A DNA stretch of 64,000 bases, taken from positions 30,132,001-30,196,000 of the forward strand of contig OZ024740.1 of NCBI GenBank assembly GCA_964016885.1. Direction: 5' to 3'. A program made the position numbers and the translations under genes. Every line of letters starts with the position of its first letter. Within the stretch, counting starts at the first letter, position 1. The notes beneath the pieces were generated by a model. That model ran no database searches. It had not been told where the DNA came from and saw only the letters and a list, made by a program, of their open reading frames with translations. Shown here piece by piece: positions 53,444-64,000 of the stretch. This DNA is from Eledone cirrhosa. Taxonomy: Eukaryota.

Positions 53444-53728
53444 GAAAGTATAGAAATTACTGTGAGCGTGAAGTCAACAGTATTTCATAATATATAAGTA
53501 TAAACATATATATATATACACAGACATATATATATATATATATGTGTGTGTATCTCCAGGTATTTGTCTCTCTCTCTGTCTCTCTCTCCTATCTGTTTTA
53601 CATTAGGTGTTAGTCAACTGCATGGTTGCCATCGTCTCACTCGGTGAACATCTGACAACTTCATGTGCATACTGCTGCACCAATTACATTTTAATTATCC
53701 TCTCCTTCTCCCCCCTCTTAGCACTCTG

Positions 53729-53820
<92 letters not shown>

Positions 53821-54147
53821 GGTTATGCACGAGTGCATTAATGTTTTCCAGGACACAGTGTTATGTACCGTATAGTGGAATGTCAGCTTACAGCAGAGTG
53901 GTGCTCAACGAAATGCAGAAAAAAGGTGTATATTCCAGTTTAGCTATATTCCGGGGCGTGTATAAAGAATTAAAAAGAACAGAAAGATGCAGTAAAAGAG
54001 ATTTATTCGGTTCTTACGTACGTTTCAATAGACATCAATTTGCCTAGATCTCGCTACATCTATAATATTATATATTTAGTAGAGCATTCGATATCCAATG
54101 CACAATCGATCCCATATCATCTTCCACTCACTCTCTCTTCCTCTCTT

Positions 54148-54178
<31 letters not shown>

Positions 54179-54740
54179 TTCTCACTCTGTCTCTCTCACT
54201 TCTCTCTAACTCCTCCCTTCCTTCTTCCCTTACTTCTGTATCTTCTCTCTCTCTCGCTCTTTTTCTCTCTCTTTCTCTCCCTTTTTATTGTTTCTCTTCT
54301 CTGAAATTAAGTTATTGGTATTTATCCCCCAAGTCAACCCTGATTCAGTGGTCACCACTCCGGCCTTCTCAAGCAAAGTGTATGATTCTAAGTCTACATT
54401 ATCCAATGTGTGGCGGCGACAGATGGTAATATAAGGGAAGATTGACTGATGTTTCTAGCATATCAAATAATCCTACAGAAGCTCGTTGACTTATTGATCT
54501 ACGAGATGTAGCCTTATAAAGTGACAGGATAAACTAAGAGAGATGTTGTTGTTCTTGTTTGTTAGATCCCGTAGTAACTCCTGGTGGCGTGTTAAGGATG
54601 CCATATAAACATACGGCGTTTGTAAACCTGGCAGAGCCCTCTCCAGGCCTGAATAGAGCAGATTTATTCCAGAGAAAGATAAAAAGAGACAGCAAGGAAG
54701 TGAAAAAGAGATAAACAGGAAAATTATACCTTAGTCTAAG

Positions 54741-54882
54741 ACTAGTACTTTTTTATCGACCTCGACAAAAATGAAAAACAAAGTTGACATCGGCGGGATT
54801 TGAACTCAGAGAGCAAGATGCTGAAACGAATACCGCAAAGTATTCTGTCCTACGTTCTAACGATCTTACCGATTACCCGCCT
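54741..54882 (-). mobile_element. tRNA-derived SINE, diverged copy
   Basis: The reverse complement contains CTGAGTTCAAATCCCGCCGATGTCAACTTTG...GGTCGATAAAAAAGTACTAGT, homologous to 25863-26046. Confidence 0.75.
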
Positions 54883-54990
54883 CAGGAGAGAAGTATGACT
54901 GTAAAATGTACAAAAGCACTAAATTAATTAGATTACTCTTTTAATCTGCCACATGCTCTCTTTATTGGGGTACCAAATAAACATATCCAA

Positions 54991-55021
54991 TTGACGATGG
55001 CTAATAAGCTTGAAACTAGTA
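54991..55021 (+). ncRNA. Degenerate hammerhead-like motif
   Basis: TTGACGA-T-GGCT-AATA-AGCT-T-GAAA-CTAG-TA, with palindromic ACTAGT and a GUA site. Stem I does not pair. Confidence 0.4.
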
Positions 55022-55232
55022 CAGCGTTCCTTTGTTAGTGTTGAACAAATGAGCAACGATGGTTGCTAGACACTGTACGGCTTAATACGGGATGTTTGTT
55101 TACAAACACACCGAGCATTATAATAAATGTTCGGTGAATCCATACGTACATATATATATATATGTGCATGTATGTATATATATACATACTACTGTACGTC
55201 TGTATACATATATGTATGTACGTATACATACT

Positions 55233-55262
<30 letters not shown>

Positions 55263-55264
<2 letters not shown>

Positions 55265-55405
55265 GGAACCAGTAAGACCCCGACAGCTGAGCTCAAGCCG
55301 TTTCGACGGCTAATTCTGGACTAAATTACCCACTCTACTACCTCAAGTATTGAGTACTTTGGTGCGTTATGGTCCACCTGGTTCCTTACCACATTTCCTT
55401 CGTTA
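55263..55405 (+). mobile_element. Micro Penelope-like insertion, third copy (inverted arm joined directly to the tail)
   Basis: TAGGAACCAGTAAGACCCCGACAGCTGAGCTCAAGCCGTTTCGACGGCTAATTCTGGACTAAA followed by the shared tail. (TA)n on both sides. Confidence 0.75.
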
Positions 55406-55705
55406 TATATATATATATATATATATATATCATAAAATATGTCTATAGAATCACCAGATAAAATATATACCGTTTCCTCTCCCAATTAGCATAATTAACC
55501 ATATAAAATCAATTAGACCAAACTATAATAATAAAAGCTCCTATGAAGAAATCTCCGACAAATAACCGAAAGCAGCCCCTTCGCGGCGGTTACGACGGAT
55601 CATTTATCGGATATTTTGACAGCATGTATAAATCGACCAGATATACAGTCAACTAAACAGAATTAGGTGTAAAATAAACTAGAAGAAAAGTGTACATATG
55701 TAATT

Positions 55706-55783
55706 ACCTTTACCATGGTTTCATCCGCATTTTAAGACATCCGATAACATTGGATATCTAGAGCTTCGGATTCTTCAGGAAGT
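55706..55783 (-). ncRNA. Type I hammerhead ribozyme motif with long stem II
   Basis: Minus strand reads ACTTC-CTGAAGA-ATCCG...AGATATCC/GGATGTCT...CGGAT-GAAA-CCATGG-TA-AAGGT. Intact core, palindromic ACCATGGT, GUA site. Confidence 0.8.
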
Positions 55784-56012
55784 TAGCTCAAATTTAGACA
55801 ATTAATTTTCTAAAGTGATCGCGCCAAGAATACATTCAAAAATGGCTAAGAATCGTGACGTGGCAGCGGTCAAGTTAGAAATGATGTGATTAGTTGCTTA
55901 CTTATAATATATACATATTACATATAAAGGTTTACATATATATATATATAAAGTCATAAATATATATGTGTTTTGCAACGGGTCACTTTGTAGCTCAATG
56001 AAGAATTAATAG

Positions 56013-56044
<32 letters not shown>

Positions 56045-56229
56045 GATAAATCTACCAAGAATTTACGGTAGTGTCCAATCCGTATGAAGAACTCAATGTA
56101 TTCCGGATATCATGGAAAGAAGAGATGTAATGAAAAATCACTTTCGGTGAAAGATAAACGGTATACAGAGTCAAGATAAAATATTAAACAAATAATGAAT
56201 AAACAATTCCTTATATTAAACAAAAAAAG

Positions 56230-56383
56230 TTCATTATTTAACGATCGTTTCTAGGATATATATGTGTTAGAATTGGCATGCATATTCAACAGATCTATGT
56301 ACAAAATTATACAAAATTATACAAACTATCAAGATTAAATATACATACCAACACATATATACGCCGTCTTCAGAAATAATGAA
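56230..56383 (-). ncRNA. Hammerhead motif in the inverted pLTR of element E
   Basis: Reverse complement of 63517-63670. Confidence 0.75.
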
Positions 56384-57019
56384 GTATATTTATTGATAAT
56401 AACAACAATTCAAAATTTCAGGTCCGTTTGGGAACAAAAATTGACCAATGAAAACACAAAGGGTTAAATGCAGTTCGGTGTGTGTATATACATGTAAAAC
56501 CCTTACACATATTTTACAAAAATGTATGTATAATTTGTATACGCATACTAAAAGGATGGATGCAAATACAAAATTTCAAGGTTAATGTCTCTGTAAGTTT
56601 ATAATGCACAGATAAGATGCGTATTGACACAAGTATGAAATTAAGTATATAAATATATTTTTTCGTACTCACACATATCCGTACAATCACACATACACGC
56701 GCGTATATGCATAAATATACACATAACCACGAACATACAAACACACACACACCCCCACTCACATTTATATATGTGGATATAAAATCATAAGCACATGGAT
56801 ATTAATTCACTCACATAAACACTGGCACACACATTTTTAGATAAAGATACAGAAATTAGGTGGGAGGGGGGGGGGAGGTCAGTATTCAACGGTCTGAGCA
56901 GACTGCCTAATATAGATGTATCTATAAACTAAGAAAATAAAAAATAATAAATAAACATTAAAGAGGAAAGAATAGAAAGAAAAAAGAAAAAAGAAAAAAG
57001 AAAAAAGAAATATATCAAG

Positions 57020-57059
<40 letters not shown>

Positions 57060-57268
57060 CATATATATATATATATATACACACACATATATATATATAA
57101 TATACATATATATACACATAGACACACACACACACATACATAAATATACACACATATACAAACACATACATACATATACACACATCCACACTAAGAACAT
57201 ACATACACACACATATATAAACATATACATATACACACATACATACATATACACATATACATACAAAT

Positions 57269-57317
<49 letters not shown>

Positions 57318-57683
57318 TATGTATATACACGTACATATACACACACATATACATATAATCACACATACTATATAGACACACATATATATAACCACACACA
57401 TACATGCACATATACAACACTTACATACTAATATACATACAGATATACACATACATAGCTATATATACACACAAATATATACAGACTTACATATATACAT
57501 ACAGGCAAATACTTACGCATCTATATATCGGTATATACATACAAACACCACTACACTATCACACAACTTAGACATACAAAGAGAAAGGTATATACCTATA
57601 CACACATACATATACAAATAGAAAAACATATAGATATATATATATATATATACACACACACATATATATACATATATATATAT

Positions 57684-57721
<38 letters not shown>

Positions 57722-58117
57722 CATATACACATACACACACATACACATACACACACATACATACATGTACACACACATAGAAATATATACGCATACACAC
57801 ATACATATAAAGTCATACACACACATACACCTACACGAACATACACATACACATATATAAAGATATATATACACACACACACACACACAACGCATACACA
57901 CATACACATATATATAAAAAAAAAAATAATAAATAATAAAGATATATACATATATATATATATACACATATATATATACATATATACATATATATACGCA
58001 TACATATATATATATACATACACATACATACACACATACATAGACATACATGTACATGCATACACGTACATCGATATACATACATATATATATACACACA
58101 TAGACATATACATACAA

Positions 58118-59395
58118 GTAGTAAATTTCCTAGATATAACTTTAGATTTAGCTACGGGTATCTACCAACCTTACCATAAACCTAACCAAAACTTACATTA
58201 CATACACTCACAATCTAATCACCCTAAATCTATCCTTAAAAACCTTGCATATAATATATCACTTAGAATTTCTAACCTTTCTTCTAACCAAGATGTATTT
58301 GATAAAAATGCGACCTTCTATAACGAAGCTCTAGATAGAAGTGGCCACAAAAATAGATTAGAGTATATACCCTCTACTAAAAATACTGAAAGCATACAAC
58401 ATAATATTACCAACAAACACCAAATGAAAAGTACACACCTAAATGCCACCCACACTATACCCCAAAATACCAAATCTTCTAATATAAAGTATAGTAACTC
58501 TCAAAAAACTACTCATCATACAACTCTAATAAATATTAATAATAAAACTCCTAATAAAAAGGATAAAACACCTAAATCTACAAATATAACTAAAAATAGT
58601 TGTGGTGAGATCATTAACATTAATCCTCCTAGTAAAAATCACGATACAACCTATAAAAATAATAAAAATAATAAACAACATAGAAACCGTAATAGACGGG
58701 TTACTTGGTATAATGCTCCTTTTAATTTACAAGTTAAGGATAATATTGCTAAAAAATTTTTTTATATCCTTGAGAAAAACTTCCCGCCAAACCACAAATA
58801 CCATCAAATCTTAAATAGGTCTACAGTTAAATTCTCATACTCTACAACAAATAACATAAAACAAAATATAAGTGCCTATAATGCATATAAATGTAAGAAA
58901 ACCATAAGTATACCACCAGTACATCAAATTAACCATAATATCTCCTCAAATACAGAATTAACGAAAGGATGTAACTGTAGAAACAAAGCAAACTGCCCAT
59001 TAAAAGGGAATTGTCTTGTTAACAACATAGTCTATAAATGTAATGTTAAAACTAAAGATTCTATTTGCTCATATATAGGAGCTACCTCTAACAATTTTAA
59101 GACAAGGTTTAATACCCACAAGCATAGTTTTAAAAATGCCGCACTGGCTAATACAACATCTCTAGCAGAAAAAATCAATAGTTATAAAAATAAGAATATA
59201 GAATATGATTTGACCTGGAGTGTGCTCAAAAGAGCCACCCCTTATCAAAATAATAGAAATGAATGTAGATTATGTTCCCAAGAACTATTTGAAATAATGA
59301 AGTCTAAGGATATCTTATTAAATAAACGACAGGAATTAATTATATCGTGTAATCATAAACTAAAAAAAACATTTAAATATTATAAACCTAATTAA
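58118..59395 (+). pseudogene. 5'-truncated Penelope-like ORF (RT thumb, linker, GIY-YIG), frame still open
   Basis: VVNFLDITL...YHKPN...SNHPKS is in frame with the 58424-59395 ORF, which contains WYNAPF, CNCRNKANCPLKGNC, IVYKC...YIGAT, RFNTH, CRLCSQE and LNKRQE...CNH. Confidence 0.9.
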
Positions 59396-60747
59396 TAACA
59401 TTATTTTAGAAATTAATTTAATTTAAATGTTAGTTAACCTATAAATTTAATTTAATTAAAATTTTATTACAGATGAGAATATAAAATATTATGTAATCAT
59501 AAATTGTGAAAAACCTTTAAATATTACTAATATATACTTAGTAATTTAATTTATAGATTAATTTTAATTTATTTAAACCTTTTATTATAATTCTTTTACA
59601 GATAAAATATAACAAAATAATATCGTGTATCCAATGACAGAGAAATAATTTTTAGTATTATAGACCTAATTAATATACATTTTAGAAATATATTTATAAT
59701 TTGGTTTTAATTTTAATCAACCTAAAAATTTAATTTTAATTTACTTAAAATTAGTATCCTTATACAGACGAATTGCAGAATGTCATGTAATCATAGAATG
59801 GGATGTGTTTTGGATATATACCTAGTTAATATATTCTATGCAATTTTTTGAAAAAAATATGTATATGTATATGTGTATGTGTATGTGTGTGTGTATGTAT
59901 ATGTGTATATATGTATATATATATATATGTGTATGTATATGTATATATGTATGTGTATGTATATGTATATGTATATGTATTAATTTTGATTTCTATTTGC
60001 ATATAATTATATTATGCTATTGATAAAATACAATATCTGTTTTATGTATTATATACCTAATTAACATATACTATAGAAATAAATATATAATTTTTAATTT
60101 AGTTAACCTACAATTTATATTCTACTACCGATGTAATACTTTATTTTATTTGTTTTTTCCCTATTACTAAATTCATTTCCTAATATTGATACCATAACGT
60201 TATTAACTTTAATTTAGTTATACTATAATTAATACTCTACTACTATTTAACTTCAAAATTCTGCTTCAAATATTATAAACCTAACTAATTTACACCTTAG
60301 AAATCAATATGTTAACTATCTTTGGTTTAGTTAACATATAATTAATGGTATACTTGTTTATTTTGAGATGCATAGATTTTGCCTTAGTTCTTGTTTATTG
60401 TATTTCCTAACACTGAAACTATGTAAAAACATACATTGGATCAAGATATGGAAAATATTCTATGTTTCTTGAAACATATATTTACTATGATCCCCTTCTC
60501 CAAACCCCCCCTTTCCCCCATACTATTATCATCTGTATTTGTAAGCGTGTATGTATGAATATATATGTAGGTAGGTGTCTATATAGGTTTGGGTATTTAT
60601 ATCTGAATATAAAAATACATATATGCGCATGCAAATATGAATGTAAGATTGTGTGTGTGTATATGAGTGTGTGTATGTATGTATATATGTGTATATATGC
60701 ATGTATATATGTATGTGTATGTGAATGTGTGTATGTGTATGTGTATG

Positions 60748-60792
<45 letters not shown>

Positions 60793-61046
60793 ATATAGAA
60801 ATATATATATGTGTATATATATGTATATGTATATGTGTGTGTATGTATGTGTGTGTATGTGTGTTGTGTATATATATGTATGTCTCTCTATTTATATGTC
60901 TATCTTCGTATCTATGTGGATATATGTGTGTGTGTGTGCATGTATGCACATATATGTGTTTATGTGTATATGTGTGTATGTGTGTATATATGTGTGTATG
61001 CACACACATATATATGTGAGTGTGTATATGTGTCTGTGTATATGTA

Positions 61047-61083
<37 letters not shown>

Positions 61084-61166
61084 GTGTCTATGTGTGAATA
61101 TATGTCTATATTCGTATGTGTGTATATATGTATGTATATGTTTATATGTATATATATATATATATG

Positions 61167-61215
<49 letters not shown>

Positions 61216-61461
61216 TTTTATTATTATAATATAACTTATGTGTATGTGTGTATATGTGAGGTTGTGTATGTGTATATAATATGTGTATATATAAGTGTAA
61301 AAAAATATATATATATGTGCATGTCTGTTTTTTATGTGTGTGTATATATATATATATATATACGTGTGTATATATATGTATATGTGGGTGTTTGTATGTG
61401 TATTTATGGTGGTATGTGTGTGTGGGTATCTATATATATATATATATATGAATGTATGTGT

Positions 61462-61507
<46 letters not shown>

Positions 61508-62152
61508 GTATATATATATCTCTATTAATGCGTGTATATATGTATATACATATGCCTTTTTATTTTTATTTGTATGTCTGAGTTAGGTGAGGTTGTAGTG
61601 GTGTTTTTATGTATATACGCATATATGGATGCGTATGTATTTGTATATATGAATATAAGTAAGTGCATATGTATGTATGATTATATATCTAATTCTATGT
61701 ATGAATATACATGTATATATATGTGTGTATGTAAGTTGTGTGTGTATGTATGTATATGTCTATGTGTGTATATATATATGTATGTATATCGATGTACGTG
61801 TATGCATGTACATGTATGTCTATGTATGTGTGTATGTATGTGTATGTATATATATATATGTATGTGTATATATATGTATATATGTATATATATATGTGTA
61901 TATATATATATATGTATATATCTTTATTATTTATTATTTTTTTTTTTTTATATATATGTGTATGTGTGTATGCGTTGTGTGTGTGTGTGTGTGTATATAT
62001 ATCTTTATATATGTGTATGTGTATGTTCGTGTAGGTGTATGTGTGTGTATGACTTTATATGTATGTGTGTATGTTGTGTATGCGTATATATTTCTATGTG
62101 TGTGTACATGTATGTATGTGTGTGTATGTGTATGTGTGTGTATGTGTATATG

Positions 62153-62185
<33 letters not shown>

Positions 62186-62554
62186 GTTATATATATATAT
62201 GTATATATATGTGTGTGTGTATATATATATATATATATCTATATGTTTTTCTATTTGTATATGTATGTGTGTATAGGTATATACCTTTCTCTTTGTATGT
62301 CTAAGTTGTGTGATAGTGTAGTGGTGTTTGTATGTATATACCGATATATAGATGCGTAAGTATTTGTCTGTATGTATATATGTAAGTCTGTATATATTTG
62401 TGTGTATATATAGCTATGTATGTGTATATCTGTATGTATATTAGTATGTAAGTGTTGTATATGTGCATGTATGTGTGTGGTTATATATATGTGTGTCTAT
62501 ATAGTATGTGTGATTATATGTATATGTGTGTGTATATGTACGTGTATATACATA

Positions 62555-62601
<47 letters not shown>

Positions 62602-62810
62602 ATTTGTATGTATATGTGTATATGTATGTATGTGTGTATATGTATATGTTTATATATGTGTGTGTATGTATGTTCTTAGTGTGGATGTGTGTATATGTAT
62701 GTATGTGTTTGTATATGTGTGTATATTTATGTATGTGTGTGTGTGTGTCTATGTGTATATATATGTATATTATATATATATATGTGTGTGTATATATATA
62801 TATATATATG

Positions 62811-62864
<54 letters not shown>

Positions 62865-63516
62865 CTTGATATATTTCTTTTTTCTTTTTTCTTTTTTCTT
62901 TTTTCTTTTTTCTTTTTTCTTTCTATTCTTTCCTCTTTAATGTTTATTTATTATTTTTTATTTTCTTAGTTTATAGATACATCTATATTAGGCAGTCTGC
63001 TCAGACCGTTGAATACTGACCTCTCCCCCCCCCCTCCCACCTAATTTCTGTATCTTGATCTAAAAATGTGTGTGCCAGTGTTTATGTGAGTGAATTAATA
63101 TCCATGTGCTTATGATTTTATATCCACATATATAAATGTGAGTGGGGGTGTGTGTGTGTTTGTATGTTCGTGGTTATGTGTATATTTATGCATATACGCG
63201 CGTGTATGTGTGATTGTACGGATATGTGAGAGTATGAAAAAATATATTTATATACTTAATTTCATACTTGTGTCAATACGCATCTTATCTGTGCATTATA
63301 AACTTACAGAGACATTAACCTTGAAATTTTGTATTTGCATCCATCCTTTTAGTATGCGTATACAAATTATACATACATTTTTGTAAAATATGTGTAAGGG
63401 TTTTACATGTATATACACACACCGAACTGCATTTAACCCTTTGTGTTTTCATTGGTCAATTTTTGTTCCCAAACGGACCTGAAATTTTGAATTGTTGTTA
63501 TTATCAATAAATATAC

Positions 63517-63670
63517 TTCATTATTTCTGAAGACGGCGTATATCTGTGTTGGTATGTATATTTAATCTTGATAGTTTGTATAATTTTGTATAATTTTGTA
63601 CATAGATCTGTTGAATATGCATGCCAATTCTAACACATATATATCCTAGAAACGATCGTTAAATAATGAA
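63517..63670 (+). ncRNA. Type I hammerhead motif with a 10-bp stem I and a stem II insert of about 115 nt
   Basis: TTCATTATTT-CTGAAGA-CGGCGTATATCTGTGTTG...TAACACATATATATCCTA-GAAA-CGATCG-TT-AAATAATGAA. Palindromic ACGATCGT, GUU site. Confidence 0.78.
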
Positions 63671-64000
63671 CTTTTTTTGTTTAATATAAGGAATTGTTTA
63701 TTCATTATTTGTTTAATATTTTATCTTGACTCTGTATACCGTTTATCTTTCACCGAAAGTGATTTTTCATTACATCTCTTCTTTCCATGATATCCGGAAT
63801 ACATTGAGTTCTTCATACGGATTGGACACTACCGTAAATTCTTGGTAGATTTATCTACATAATTTTGCTCCTATTTTCACGGAAATATTCGTATTTTTGT
63901 ACTGTATGTGTGTATTAATTTTATATTTATGTATATACATATATATATGTATGATTTTGTAAACCCATATACATTTAGTTGAGCTCTTTCAATTGTCCAT

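Larger units (their letters stand above)
56040..63931 (+). mobile_element. Penelope-like element E: 2.08-kb inverted 5' pLTR, truncated ORF, 4.5-kb microsatellite-rich 3' UTR/pLTR and a tail of about 70 nt
   Basis: 56040-58116 is the near-identical reverse complement of 61747-63860. The coding fragment starts right at the inversion junction. TA-rich flanks. Confidence 0.9.

Noticed and set aside
56879-63386. Many C/V/Y/I/M-rich ORFs (also 37362-37986 and 39824-42927)
   Set aside because: They are translations of TA, TG and CT microsatellites.

Overview
Eukaryotic, AT-rich, gene-free repeat region. It is most likely from an octopus genome, inferred from two tRNA-type SINEs that resemble octopus SINEs as I recall them. 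Bases 1-25.8 kb are a 23-bp satellite with two higher-order periods (about 7.4 kb and about 4.3 kb). Bases 28-39.7 kb hold one near full-length L1/Tx1-clade LINE (intact APE-RT-CCHC ORF2, broken ORF1) and two truncated relatives, all ending in GATA repeats. A composite minisatellite and a 200-N gap follow. Bases 42.4-64 kb are a pile of (TA)n-inserted Penelope-like elements (YRDD RT, CxC-x-CPL linker, C-terminal GIY-YIG, so Naiad-like), partly nested, several with inverted 5' pLTRs. The main signals not explained by the ORF track are RNA-level. About a dozen type I hammerhead-like motifs with palindromic stem III are present. A family of 140-195 bp hairpin-plus-tail micro-insertions carries half a hammerhead and shares its architecture with the large elements. 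A 230-nt multibranch fold lies in one Penelope 3' UTR, and covarying stem-loops plus a pseudoknot lie in the LINE 3' UTR. All alignments and folds were done by eye, so coordinates may be off by a few bases.
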